Part shown: positions 12,575 to 25,581 of the stretch, in pieces
How positions within the stretch are numbered: the stretch's first letter is position 1
Layout of the letters: each line of letters opens with the position of its first letter
Origin: Chiloscyllium plagiosum
Taxonomy: Eukaryota
Assembly (NCBI RefSeq): GCF_004010195.1
Contig: NC_057728.1
Location: forward strand, 51,134,322-51,196,373
Reading direction: 5' to 3'
Length of the DNA stretch: 62,052 nt
Program-made: the position numbers and the translations under genes
The notes under the pieces: generated by a model
What the model saw: the letters and a program-made list of their open reading frames with translations, nothing else
Databases searched by the model: none
Told to the model about the DNA's origin: nothing

Positions 12575-13700
12575 GACCGAGGACTGGCACATAGTGTTTA
12601 ATTTAGATAAATGTGAGGCGCTGCAGTTTGGTAAGGCAAATCAGGGCAGGACTTAGACAGTTAACAATAAAGTCCTTTAGAGTGTTCGAAACAAAGAGAC
12701 CTTGGACGTTCATAGTTCCTCGAAAGTAGAGTCACAGATGACAGGATAGTGAAGAAGGCATTGGTACACTTGCTTTTCTTTGTCATTGCATTGAGTATAG
12801 GAGTTGGAGTGTCACTTTGTGGATGTACAGAACATTGGTTAGGCCACTTTTGAAATACTGTGTTCAGTTCTGGTCTCCCTGCTATCAGAAGGACACTTTT
12901 TTTTAGATTACTTACAGTGTGGAAACAGGCTCCTTCGGCCCAACAAGTCCACACCGACCCTCCGAAGAGCAACCCACCCAGACCCATTCCCCTACATTTA
13001 CCCCTTCACTTAACACTATGGGCAATTTAGCATGGCCAATTCACCAAACCTGCACATCATTGGACTGTGGGAGGAAACCGGAGCACCCGGAAGAAACCCA
13101 CGCAGATACGAGGAGAACGTGCAAACTCCACACAGACAATTGCCTGAGGCGGGAATTGAACCCAGGTCTCTGGCACTGTGAGGCAGCAGTGCTAACCACT
13201 GTGCCACCGTGCTGCCCACTTGAAAAGGTTTAGAAAAGATTTTACAAGGGAGTTGCCAGGGTTGAAGGATTCGAGCTTTAGGGAGAGGCTGAATAGGCTG
13301 GGGAAATTTTTCTTGGAGGGTCGGAGGCTGAGGGTTTATAAAATCATGAGGGGCATGGATAGGATGAATAGACAAAGTCATTTCCCTGGGGTAGGAGAGT
13401 CCAAAACTAGAGGGCATAGATTTAGGGTAAGAGAAGAAAGATTTAAAAGGGACCTAAGGGGCTACTTTTTCACATAGAGGATGGGACATGTATTGAATGA
13501 GCTTCCAGAGGAAGTGGTGGAGGCAGGTACAATTACAACATTTAAAAGGAATCTGGATGGGTCTATGAATAGGAAGGGTCTAGAGGGATATGGGCCAAAT
13601 GCTGGCAAATGGGACTAGATTAGATTAGAATATCTGGTTGGCATGGACGAGTTGAACCAAAGGGTCTGTTTCTAAGCTGTACACCTCTGAGTCTATGACT
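12575..13700 (+). mobile_element. CR1 LINE 3' fragment interrupted by a minus-strand HE1 SINE (12897-13218)
   Basis: CR1 ORF2 sequence resumes after the SINE (KRFRKDFTRELPGL...TRGHRFRVR) and ends in a ctatgact tail. Confidence 0.85.
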
Positions 13701-13965
13701 AAGTATTTTACCATTATATGTCTCTTCCTCATATTGACCTCATTAAGTTTAGGATGTTAGAATATAAGTCAGTTATTTCTTTGCACAGACTAAACTAATT
13801 TTTGTCAATAATCTTCATTTGTGAAACTTGTGTTTGTAGAATTCTGTTATTCTTTATTGGATGAGTTGGACCGAAGGGTCTGTTTCCGTGCTGTACATCT
13901 CTATGACTGTATGACTGGCTGAATTGTCCTAAATACTGGACTTGATTCAGCCTAAGACCTATATT

Positions 13966-14494
13966 AGCGAGTTTTGAGAAGATTTGTAGCTCAGGTTGAG
14001 GTTTTGTATGGAGGTTTGCTCGCTGAGCTGAAAGGTTCATTTCCAGACGTTTCATTACCTTACTAGGTAACATCTTCAGTGGACCTCATATGAAGCAATG
14101 TTGAAAAGACATGACCCTCTCTCACTAGTATCCTCACATACGGATGAGGAAAGACACCACTTCGACTGGGACAACACATCCATCCCAGGACAAACCAAAC
14201 AGAGACACTCACGAGAATTCCTAGAAGCATGGCATTCCAACCAGAATTCTATCAACAAACACATCGAGTTAGACCCCATCTACCACCCCCTGAGAAAAGG
14301 AACAGGAATTGACTTCACCACAGGAAATACCATTACCACAGGAAATGACATCACCAATCCAAAGAAACCCAAACATATAAATAGAAAGCAGGAATTTTCA
14401 GCATTGCTTCACATGAGGTCCACTAAAGATGTTACCTAGTAAGGGAACGAAACGTCTGGAAATGAACTTTACAGCTCAGCGAGCAAACTTACAC
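13966..14494. mobile_element. Penelope-like element fragment (GIY-YIG C-terminus) with inverted pLTR arms and TSD
   Basis: H.FDWDNTSI.GQ..REFLEAWHS..SINKHIELDPIY coding remnant; ~100-bp inverted arms at 14006-14107 and 14395-14494; TSD cctaagacctatat at 13951-13964 and 14495-14508. Confidence 0.85.
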
Positions 14495-14934
14495 CTAAGA
14501 CCTATATATTTGGCTGCATCAGCAACCTGGTTAAGTAAAATATTAGTGATGGCCAATGGAGGAGTGGGAATATAAAGGAATGAGTGCATTGCTCCGACCT
14601 CAGTTGTTACAATTTGCTCCCTTCATAATGAATATGTGACACAATGAGGAAAATTCTTTGCACCTTTTATTATATTTCTCTTGTTTTCCATTTATTTACA
14701 AATCTGACTTAACCACTCGTTTCCCAAGGTCACCTTCAAAACTTGGGGAAAGACCTGTCACAGCCTGAGACGGAGGATTTGTCTCTCAAAAGGATAGAAT
14801 TTATGTGTATGTCAGGATAAACTGTACGTCAAGTTTCTTCTCACACATACAGATATGCACATGACCACAAGAGGGTGCTGTGACAGTAATAGTCTGCGTA
14901 TTGATGGGCTGAGAGTTGGGGGAGTAGATGTGAA

Positions 14935-15168
14935 TACCAGTCATCTCTCTGTTGTGAATGGGTTCCGTTCCTGAGTCCATTCATAAGTCAATTTGTACAC
15001 AGGTTGGAACATAGTGCACGACAATATCAAATAGCCATTCATAAGTACAAGGAAACATTCGCAGGTTGAAGCTTTACACTTAATATTAATACACCCCTGT
15101 ATGGGACTGTACTCATAAATACAAGCACTTGTTAGTCAGGCAATTTATCGATCGGAGACCCGTTTGTA
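14935..15168. mobile_element. Possible old Tigger/pogo-like MITE
   Basis: TA-flanked degenerate ends with internal (t)tc(a/g)taagt repeats and gggttccgttcctgag, as typical of Tigger-like MITEs. TIRs are poorly preserved. Confidence 0.35.
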
Positions 15169-15241
15169 TGTTCATTTTACACATGTGGATTATGCCTTAT
15201 TCCTGTCTGGCTCTTAAACACAGTTTCTTATTTCCTCACAG

Positions 15242-15343
15242 GTAGCAGAGTATGCACGTGGGGATCTGAAGTTGGGCCTGAGACTATACGAATCAGAGGG
15301 AAATATTGGACTGACTAACGCATGGAACATCATTCAGACAGAG
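15242..15343 (+). CDS. Tetraspanin exon: EC2 helices A/B
   Basis: ctcacag|GTA...GAG|gtgtgt; 102 nt; VAEYARGDLKLGLRLYESEGNIGLTNAWNIIQTE. Confidence 0.95.
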
Positions 15344-15944
15344 GTGTGTTTTACACTACAGAGGAAGATGCCATCTGACTCACTAATCTCTAGCTTGTCC
15401 CCCCTGCCAAACCTCACCCCATGCCTGACCTTCCCTTCATGACCTGGGACATAGTCCTACGTCTGGAACATCGTTTCAAGATGATAATGGATTTTCGTGT
15501 AAAACTGTGGTGTTTGATTCATTTTAAACAATTTGTAATCCACACTTGATACATTACTTGCCAAATTGAAGGAAATATGAAATTTACATGTTAACAGACC
15601 AATCAGAACATGGATTTTGGACAGTCTCTCATATCCTCCGCTTACAACACAACTTTATAAAATCTGCTCATATTAATACAGCCCCCTGTCCCTGTGTCTC
15701 TCTGTCTCACACACACACATACACACTGGTGTCCAACTCTCCCTCCTTTCACACATGGATATTATGTCTCCATCTGTCTCTCTCTCCCCCTTTTCGATCT
15801 GTTNNNNNNNNNNNNNNNNNNNNNNNNNNNNNNNNNNNNNNNNNNNNNNNNNNNNNNNNNNNNNNNNNNNNNNNNNNNNNNNNNNNNNNNNNTCGCAGTT
15901 CAGTACATTACAGTAATGTGTACACCTCTCTTTCTTTCTTGCAG

Positions 15945-16076
15945 TATGAGTGCTGCGGTGTTGACAATGCAACAGATTGGCATAACATACTGGGTGGTAA
16001 CAAAGTCCCTGATTCCTGCTGTCAGGAATACAGCAGAGGGTGTGGAGAGGTCAATCCCAGCAAGTGGTTTGTGCAG
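15945..16076 (+). CDS. Tetraspanin exon: EC2 variable region with CCG and PxSCC motifs
   Basis: ttgcag|TAT...CAG|gtatgt; 132 nt; YECCGVDNATDWHNILGGNKVPDSCCQEYSRGCGEVNPSKWFVQ. Confidence 0.95.
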
Positions 16077-16181
16077 GTATGTGCTTGGCATTCCAGTCTG
16101 CTAGCATCCCCCCTCACACTAATAGTTTGCTCAATGATGTGTGAGGCTAATACCTCCTCCCTCTCTCTCTCTCTGTTTTAG

Positions 16182-16265
16182 GGTTGCTATGACACGATTG
16201 AGACGTTGCTTGAGAAGCAAACAGCTGTGATTGGCTCGATAGTGATGTCCATTGTGGTGATTCAG
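16182..16265 (+). CDS. Tetraspanin exon: end of EC2 (GCY) and start of TM4
   Basis: ttttag|GGT...CAG|gtacag; 84 nt; GCYDTIETLLEKQTAVIGSIVMSIVVIQ. Preceded by a 105-nt intron. Confidence 0.93.
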
Positions 16266-16674
16266 GTACAGTGTCTTTCCAATGGCTCTGACCGACTGAA
16301 ACACGGCCTGTAAGACTTGCAAACCTTCAGTCCTCTGGCACAACAATGACTGGAAGATTGTGACTAGAATTTGTTTCCTTCAGTACAGAACATCATGTCT
16401 GGTCTGGGTGAATTCTCTACCTCAACCATTGCCAAACTTCCATATCTGCTTTTATCTCATCTAATATGGCAGAACACTTCTCATTTGTGTTAGTTTGGCA
16501 ATATCCTTTTCTGTAATGAAGACAGATACAAAGTGTTCATTCAGCCCCTCAATAAAAATCCTTTTGTGGTTTGGACCTCGCTACTGTCTAAACTTGGGTC
16601 TCGACTGCATGATAAGGCTAACAATTTTCATAGGCTTCCACTTTCAAGTTGCATTTTAATTTCTACATCTTTAA

Positions 16675-17590
16675 TAGGAACATAGGAACAGAAGTAGGCC
16701 ATTCAGCCCTTTGGGTCTGTTCCATCAACACATGAAGATCACGTTTGGCCTGGTTGTGGTCTCAGTTGCACTTTCCCATCTGCCCCTTAACTCTCTTGTC
16801 CATCAAAAATCTACCTCACTCAGCCTTGAATAGATGCAAAGAGCTAGCCTCCAACTACCTTCAGAGAATTCCACACTCAAGTAACCTTCCGAAAGAGAAA
16901 AAAGATCTCCATCTCTACCTTAAAAAGGAGAGCTCATTCTTAAATAGTGTGCCTTGTTTTAATCTCCCCAGAAGAGGAAACATCCTCTGGGCATCCATCC
17001 TATCATGTACCCTCAAGATCTTATATGTTTCAGTAAGATAGGTTGTCTCTCATTGGAGATGATCATCGATAAAGATTGTTAATAGTTCAGGACCAGAAAC
17101 TGATCCCTGTGGCGTTTCACTAGTTACAATTTACCAACCCCAAAATGACCAAACTATCCCTAATCTTCGCTTCATGTCTGCTAAATAATCCGTTATCCAT
17201 TGGTGAGTCCTAGACCACATCTTTGGTTGTGCAGCCACCTTTTAATGGGCAGGACGGGGTGTGCCTTATCGAACACCTTCTGGAAATCCAGATACATCAC
17301 ATCTTTCCGTTCCATTCCATCCACCAGGAATGTTACTTCATCAAAATATAAACTCCCAATAGATTGGTTAAACATAATTTCCCTTTCACAAAGTCATGCT
17401 GATTCTACCTGAGATTTTTAATCGTCTTGTTGTAACCTTCGTGACAATGGATTCTAGAACCTTCCCCATAATCGATGTTAGGTTAAGTAGGCTGCAGTTT
17501 CCTGCTGGGTTACTTTGAAGTTGTAACTAGTGGAGTGCCACAGGGATCAGTGCTAAGACCTCAATTATATATGCAGCTAATAAGTTTTGA
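16675..17590 (-). mobile_element. Old CR1 LINE fragments
   Basis: Minus-strand DVMYLDFQKVFDK (RT domain) and a cataggaacagaagtaggccattcagccc 3' tail. Confidence 0.7.
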
Positions 17591-19359
17591 TCGAGTTAAG
17601 TAAAAGTTCAGTTGACCCCATTAATACAGTGGGGACTCCTCACTGCAGTATGCCTGACTCTTGGCCAGATTTCCATTTCTGTACCCAGAGCGAGGACCCC
17701 TTGAGGCCCAGGACCCCGTGCAGAAGGCTTGGAGATGTGTTTGAAGACCCCCTCTTACAGAAGATTAACTCTATTTACATTGTTTAGTTTTATTCTTTTT
17801 GAACTCCAAGCAGACCGCAATGCGGCAACAAAACAATTTTCACTGTCTCTTTCTAGATACGGGTGACAAGAAATAATTCCTCACTCGTAAATGCAGTCTC
17901 CATTAAACGCTCATATGCACAAAGTTTGGAGGCAAGGGGACACCTCACGTTGAGGGATGCCTGACAGAATCAATCCATACCACCCCCCAACCCCACTCCC
18001 TCATCAATCATGAAATCCCAGGGTTTTACCTTCTTTGGAGCAACTAAGATCTTCCTTCTGCACTGCCACTAGTGTCCACTAATGAGCTCTGGTGCTGTTG
18101 GGCATGATGGAGCTGCTGGCCAATCAGGTTGGCCAGTAGCACCTGAGGGCGGGGCGTCCTCCCGCATGGAGGTCCTCTAACTCATTGCTGGAGTGAGCCA
18201 GGTTGACCAGCGCACAGCAGGTGATGACTGCAGGCCCAGGCCACAAGCACCGTCCGACTCTCCCTCCATGGAGTTAAAACGTCCACTTCCACTGTAACAA
18301 TCTGCCTGCCCTGTGCCTTCTCTCTCATCCTCAGTGTTTCAGTCATGGGTTTCCATTGGTCTGGTCCATGCTAATGAGCAAAGTTTGGCATTTTCTTCAG
18401 CATGAGGGCTGACCAGGAGATTATCATTTCCTTACCCAATAAAGGGAAGGGTTACTTGACCTGAAACATTAACTCTGATTTGTCTCCACAGATGCTGCCA
18501 GACCTTTTGAGCTTTCTCAGCAATTTCTGTTTTTTTATTTACAACATCCGCAATTCCTTCAGTTCTCTTTCTTTTACTACCCGATGTCGAGTGTTTTGGA
18601 AGAATGCGCACGTTGACAATGGCAGTTTTATAATCATCTGTGGTCAGTAAGCCAGCAGACCTATAGCTTCTGTCCCACCATACCACAGGACCTCCTGAGA
18701 GAGGGACTGATCAAATTTTCTTGAATACGTTTCAGGGATTCCTGCGTTTCTTCATCCTTTACACTGTGACTATCCTGGTCTTTATCTGGGCAATTCAGGC
18801 CCCCTGTTATCAGTTTGATTTAATTCCTGCATCTGTCTGCAATTTCCGTATCTCTGCTTCTGTGTCTCTTTTCCACAGTTTGGTGATCCATAAATAATAT
18901 ATCCTTTGGGTGGAGGGGGGTAACAGCATTCTTTAACGGTAACCAGACTGATTCTGCCTCTGACGCCTTCACATGCAACATTTTGTTGAATCTTCAGTTT
19001 CTTTGATCAATCCTGACACCTTAACCTGTTTCTGTGAAATATCTCTAATTAGCTTGATTCAATCAGCATGGCGGCTGCTGTCCTGTCCTTTAAATTGATC
19101 GAAGCAAAATGTGCTTTGTGAGACCGATTTCCAAACTTCAAAGCACCATCAGGAGGACGGATTCCCATTTTTATAACAACCAGCTGCTGTCTAGTCAGAG
19201 CGGGCAGAATGACCCTCCCTTGTTGACCCATTGGTCATGGGTCAGATGGCAGCAGTGCCCATCCCTCCCCTACATGTCCATTTCCAGGAAGGTATCTGTA
19301 ATCTTCACTTCACTTGGAACCTCCAACGTTTGGGCATTGCTGTGTCCATTGGGGAGTTA

Positions 19360-19605
19360 TAGAACATAGAAAAGTACAGCACACAACAGGCCCTTTGGCC
19401 CACGATTTTGTGCCGAAATTCCTAAATTAAAATAAAATAAAATATTCCCAAATTAAAATAAAATAAAATAAAATCCATGTCCATTTCCAGCAGTTGCTTA
19501 AATGTCCCTAATGACTCTGCTTCCATCACCACCGCTGGCAACGCATTCCATGCATTCACAACTCTCTGTGTAAAGAACCTACCTCTTGCGTCTCCACTAT
19601 ACCTA
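19360..19605 (-). mobile_element. CR1 LINE 3' end with (AAAAT)n expansion
   Basis: GRFFTQRVVNAWNALP on the minus strand; (atagaac)n tail. Confidence 0.8.
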
Positions 19606-21262
19606 CCTGAAGATGGTGGTGTGGACCCTATGCTACAAAGGGGTAATTCCAACATGAGTGGCGCTTTGTAATGGCTGTGAAGGACAGAGAGGTTGGGAGC
19701 TCGTCTCTGCAGTGGGTTAACACCATTGAAGATGTCTCCGATGTCTGACTGCACCGACATAAAATTAAATTTGCACAAATACTCCGTCACTCCAGTGCAG
19801 TGACAGGGGGCCTTCAGCCTTTGGAAAGATGGCGATTTATTTGGAAAGTGGCAGCAGGAAGGTTGGGGAGGATTGAGTTTAGTCAGACATTCCCAAGGAT
19901 GGGCTTGATTTGGGAGGAAAGAGGTGATAGTGGCAGTTTTCATTGGCGAGGGTGTGAGGAGGGAGGGTCATTGCCTATCATAGCTCACCTGAGAGGCTGC
20001 TGGGAGAGTCTTGTGGCCATTGGTTTTGCTGAGGATTGGTCAAGGAAGTAGAGGGTGGATCTTGTAGGAAAGATGATCTCTTGGGCGTTGTAAGGAAGAG
20101 AAAGAAATGGGATGAGAAATGTTCACAGCACAAAGACTGATGAAGTTCACCTTGGAACCAAACAGGAGAATTGGTCAAGCTGTTCAAAAAAATGAAATAT
20201 TTTGATGGAGAACGTTGGTCCCAGTGTCAGGAGGAATGGTAACTGGAGGACACAGGTTTATGATGATCAGCAAAAGGAACACAGCAGAGCTGAAAATTTC
20301 ATTGGGTGTCAAAGTCAGTTGTGACTTTCAAGACAGAATTGGATGCATATCTAGAAAACAAAGGTTTGGAGGATTGTGGGGCTTGAGCAAAGCTGTGGGA
20401 TAGCCTTTTCAAGATTCGCTGAATGGTCACATCCTTCCTGATCCAAGAGTTGACAGCTGTTTGTACAAGAGTTGAAATCTCTTGATATCAAACCTGGCTT
20501 CCATGTGTACGAGCGTTCCCGACCCATCACACTCAACTGACCTGTCTGAACGGCCACATGGACGATGGTGCAGTGGTGGCAAATCCAATCAATGTATAAT
20601 GCAGAGGCCCACGCTGATCCCCTCAGAATGTTGTTCAAATCCTATCGTGGTAGTGGAGTCATTTAAAGGTGGTTAATAAAAACCTGAATTTGAAAGCTGT
20701 TCTCCATGATGGTGACCATAGAACAATCATTGATTGCTATTAAAACCCAGTGCCCTTTAGGGAAGGAAATCTGCCGTCCTTATCTGCTGTGGTCTACATG
20801 CGACTCCAGACCCCCAGCAACATGACTGGCTTTTAAATACCCTCTAAAATGGGCTGAGCAAGACACTGTGTTCAAAAGGCCTTGGCAACGCCTATATCCC
20901 ATGAAAGAGTAAAGAAAAAATATGTGGTGAATTCACTTTGACTTTTTTAAAGCACTTCAATTAAACTTTTGCCAATCAAGATAATTTTCAATTTCAGATG
21001 TTCCGGATAATTTATGGGCCACACCCTTCAGGCAACTCTGATCATCGCATGTGAACGCTTTCTGATGCCTGCCCTTCTGTTGCAGTTTCCAACTCTTGAC
21101 AAATATTTATACTCCCAGTGCATGCACGCTGTTCCCATTGGTGCTGAGAGGGTTCGGACTGGGAAGCCAGAATTTTGATAACGGAAACATGAATTCCAGT
21201 GTAAACTCCTGACTTTGTGCAGCTTCTCTCAACTTATTCAGTTCTGTTCCATTCTCTTTCAG

Positions 21263-21334
21263 ATCCTTGGAATGGCTTTCTCAATGACGTTGTTCCATCA
21301 GATCTCCAGAACTGGTAAAAAGTACAAAGCCTAA
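21263..21334 (+). CDS. Tetraspanin last coding exon: TM4 end and TSPAN9-like tail
   Basis: tttcag|ATC...TAA; ILGMAFSMTLFHQISRTGKKYKA*, compared with TSPAN9 ILGMAFSMTLFQHIHRTGKKYDA*. The six exons give 218 aa, all phase 0. Confidence 0.95.
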   Translation: MLGMAFSMTLFHQISRTGKKYKA

Positions 21335-22489
21335 TCTTGGTTGGATGATGATTCGATGCCCTCACAATATCACGAAGCATTCTTCTGAAGCTCGGAGCTT
21401 TGTCTGCCAGGCACAGTTCTAGTCATCCTCTGAACTGGGAAACCTGCTCCGATGGCTCCTTAATCTTTTGCCAAAGAATTATAAAGCGCTAAACACCGTC
21501 AGTTTCTCTCTGGCAACTCTGCTCACCCATCTCTCCACTTTGTCCCCTACTCTCCTACTCCGAAAGATGTAGTGCTGATTCAGAACCTCCGTTCTTCATC
21601 ACAAAAGAGCAGACAAGTACAAAACTCCATGTTCAACAGGCCACAGCTCTGTTGGTACAGGAATGTCACTTTGAAAAGGATTCCAAAGTTATTCCCACGT
21701 GTCGGAGCACAGACACAGTTTTGTTGCCCCGATCTCTGGCTTGACACCTGGAAAGTTGATTTTTAACCATTTCATTCTTTGTATGGGAAAGTTTTACTGA
21801 CGTCTGTCTTGAGTTGCGTTAGGAGATCACTTGTCTATATCAGGTCTGCAAGGGAAGGGGGAGTTTCTCAGGACTTTGCTCATCTGTCTGAACTGTTCTC
21901 TCGGCAAACAGTGCTCCCCAGTGACAGTAACAGTCTACAAGATAGCAGTCAGAAGAATTTATATCCTTCATGCAGGTACCTTTTTTTATAAAACAGGAAT
22001 TCTGTAAGTCAGGGTTGACTGTCAGTACTTGCCTGGTGCAGCTCACTACTAACCAACAGATGCCATCTGAGGGGCTAATATTTCTCAACAACCTCTCTGA
22101 GGTGTAACAGAAAACAATGACCTAGTCCCTGTGTTGCTGCAACTCACCCTGAACTGCTCAACACAAGCTATAGTGAGGAAGCTGCTGCGAGGGTATTGCT
22201 GCTTTATTTCATGAGCCAGAGTTGAGGTCTGACCATCAGCATGTATTCACTTACTCTTTGCAAATACAAATGGAACTTTTTTTTAATGTAGTTTAGGAAT
22301 TGTATCTTTAAAGTAAATAATGGAGCATTTTTTGTACTGTTTGTACTGTTTTATATGGGCTCTTTCTGCTTTAATGTCACTGCACAAACCACTGTGTGAT
22401 CTTTAAAAGCCAAAAATGCTCAGTGATGATATCTCGTTTGTTGTGAGGACATTTGCACAGACTAAAGGATCGAGATCTGTGTCGAAGGA

Positions 22490-22915
22490 AGAGCAGAAAT
22501 TCAGCAGATGTTGGGGATAGCCAAGACTGCCCAGCAATAGGAAACAGAGTTAATGTTTTCAGTCAATGACCTTTCATCTGAACTGGGAAGAGTTTACAAA
22601 GGAACAGGTTTGAACTGGGTGAAAAAATAGGAAAAATTTGGGATGGACTGGAAGACAGCAGCGGTTAAAGCAACAAGAGGTTTCAAAGCCAGAAGGAATG
22701 GTGATGTGGAAAATAATGGGAAAGTTCTGTTTCTCTCCTTGTCACATTGCAATTCCCTTTGGAATCCCACCCCCTTATCATTCAGGCTTGTTGGTTTTGT
22801 ACCCCATCCCAAACCTTCCCTTCTGTTCATGTTCCACTCCCATTCCCCCAAATTCACCCCAACGTTTTCACCTTCAATCATTTATAACTTTCCCCGTTCT
22901 GATGAAAGGCCAGCT
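22490..22915. mobile_element. Degenerate Penelope-derived element
   Basis: Minus-strand cagatgaaaggtcattgactgaaaacattaactctg and plus-strand ttctgatgaaaggcc in inverted orientation, enclosing a purine-rich then pyrimidine-rich body like the one at 10434-10946. Confidence 0.45.
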
Positions 22916-23089
22916 TGTTTATCGGTTTTGTTCAGAAAGTTGGTGAAGATTGAGAGTGAAGAGAATGGCTGGATTTGAGTGGAGCGGCCATATTGCAAGC
23001 AATCTGTCAGTGGTTTAGCACACACATGTCTAACTGGCTAGTGAATATAGAAGAACAGTACATACTCAATTCAACAGCTGGTCTCTTGG

Positions 23090-23396
23090 TGGGGTGGCAC
23101 GGTGGCTCAGTGGTTAGCACTGCTGCCTTACAGCACTCAAGTCCCAGGTTCGATTCCAGCCTGGGATGACTGTCTGTGTGGAGTTTTCACATTCTCCCCG
23201 TGTCTGTGTGGGTTTCCTCCGGGTGCTCCAGTTTCCTCCCATAGTCCAAAGATGTGCAGGTCAGGTGAATTGGCCAAGCTAAGTTGCCCATAGTGTTAGG
23301 TGCATTAGTCAGAGGGAAATGGGTCTGGGTGGGTTGCTCTTCAGAGGGGCAGTTTGGACTGAAGGGCCTGGTTCCACACTGTAGGGAATCTAATCT
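23090..23396 (+). mobile_element. HE1-type SINE
   Basis: Full HE1 head, core and tail. Confidence 0.88.
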
Positions 23397-24189
23397 GCTA
23401 CTGTTTACGACGGCAACAGTTTTTAACTTCCATCTGTGGTTTCCAAACTGTGAATGATGGTACATTGCATGGTGCTGCAGTGCACATAGTTCGCTTGTTA
23501 CTAAGCTCCTGTCTTGCAGGACTCCATATCAGGAACGTGTTGGTACTGTCGTGGTTATACACAGTGAGAAATTGAGTTGCTGCTGATTTTGTGTGTATGT
23601 TTGTGTGGCTCCCAAATTATTGGGAGATCTTTGCCGAGGAGCTTGAGAGCTGAAAAGAATTTTCCAGAATCCAGTAAGACAGGCGTGTTCATACTAACAT
23701 TTTGAATCTGGCTGAGGAACAATAACCTCAGGAGATAAAGGATTTATTTCTGGGTTTTGAAGTTGTGACTGCTGCAACTGCAATCCGCCTCACTGGAGCT
23801 CACTGTTGCAATCAGGGTTGTCATTACCACGCGTGGAATCTCTAAGGATTTGACTCAGTACATTTCAGACCTCGGCTCCATCTGTCTTTATTAAATAGAA
23901 GTGCAGGCTGGAGTGGAATGCAAGTGGCAAGGTCTTTACCTCAGGAAATATTTAACCAAAAGTGAATGAAAACCAATCGTCCAATGTTAGAGCTAAAACA
24001 GTTCCTGTTAATAGAAATTCTTCATAGGAAGGAGAACATGCAAATTTTAATTAATCTTTTTTTAGGAACAGAAATAGATATTTTATACATAGGATTATTT
24101 ATTTCTCTCTCATCCTGTCCTTTTCTCTTACCCCCATCCTCAACTCCCACCTTCCCTCTATCCTTCTTGTCCTGAAGTCTTTATTATGT

Positions 24190-24660
24190 TCAGTTACAGG
24201 TCAGTAGTGGTTAGTGTTACACTGTGTTAATTAGAGGTTAGTGTTAGACTGCTAGTTACAGGTCAGTCACAGTTAGTGCTACACTGTGTCAGATACAGGT
24301 CAGTAACAGTGTTTCACTGCATTAATTACAAATCAGTAACAGTGGTTTACTGTATTAGTTACAGGTCAGTAACAGTTAGTGTTAGACTGTTAGTTACAGG
24401 TCAGTCACAGTTAGTGCTACACTGTGTTAGTTACAGGTCAGTAAGTGTTTCACTGTATTACTTACAGGTCAGTAACAGTGCTACATTGTTAATTACAGAT
24501 CAGTAGCAGTTCGTGTTTCACTGCATTAAATATAGGTCAGTAGCAGTTATTGTTACATAGTGTTAGTTACAGGTTAGTATGAGCTAGTGTTGCACTGTTT
24601 TATTTAGCAGTCTGTACAACTCAATATTGTTTTACTGCATTTGTTGCACATCAGTAGCAG
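24190..24660. repeat. Degenerate minisatellite (~30-37 nt, agttacaggtcagtaacagttagtgttacactgtgtt)
   Basis: More than 10 recurrences of ttacaggtcagt variants. Confidence 0.8.
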
Positions 24661-25575
24661 TCGAGAATACTTTTTACATGTTGCTTCTATCACCTTTAGC
24701 TTCTTTGCCTTGGATCTCTTCAGTGTAAAATGTAAAGAGTGCAGAAATGTTTAATGGTATGACTTTACCTGATTGTCTTTGAGCTCATATATAATACTTC
24801 CTTGAAGTAGAAAGGGAGGGATGGGGGTCAGTGTTTGCTGGCAAAAGGGACCATAACGTTTTTTAGTGACGTGAGTTCAAAATAATGCTGAGGTTAAGGG
24901 AGGTTGATCTGGGTGGGGGAACAGACTCTGACACTGACCCTGTCCGCTGTTAAGTTACATTGTTTTAACACATGGAGAGTAGTGAGGGTGTAAAAATATA
25001 AACACAGACACTTGAACTTATTGGACTGCCTATTTGTCTTCATGGAGATCATTTTAGTGGACTGGGTAAAACAGAGCTTAACATACCAGAGACATCACTG
25101 GTCAGTTCATGAGCTTCAAAGGTCACACAGTTTTTTTCCCCCCTGCTTTTATTCCTTTCTAAACATAGCTGATTTTTAATCAGTTTTCACCCTGTGCTTT
25201 GCAATAGTTTCCTTCCCCTTACTGAACATGACATGGCTTTTGACATCAATGATTTATTTACAGCATGCTTTGAATCCATTCATAATCTAGAAATGTTAAT
25301 GAGCATTGTAAGAATATATGAAAATGCTAAGTTTATTTATGTATAGCACTTAGATACGGAATAACAATCTTTTCAATTGTATTAAAGTACAAGGTGATGA
25401 AGCCGTTTCACACAGTGTATACTTTGTTTTATGTCTGAAAATGAGGAGAGGGGGAACAATTTTGTTCACTATTTTCAGGTCTATTACTCCAAAAAGCTGC
25501 GAGCTTTCAACTCACTGACAGTAAAAGAAAAAAAGAGACCCAAACCATCTGCCCACACTCTGAGGAAAACATATG

Positions 25576-25581
25576 AATAAA
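25576..25581 (+). promoter_or_regulatory. Candidate polyadenylation signal of the tetraspanin gene (long 3' UTR)
   Basis: AATAAA at the end of an AT-rich, TE-poor stretch containing ATTTA elements (25200-25750). Position inferred only. Confidence 0.35.

Noticed and set aside
15588..16181. 197-aa ORF
   Set aside because: It spans the gap at 15804-15892; only 15945-16076 is a real exon.
18100..18180. CCAAT plus GC-box (ggccaatc...gggcggggcg) promoter-like patch in a tetraspanin intron
   Set aside because: Isolated motifs in what looks like decayed repeat sequence, with no associated exon or CpG island.
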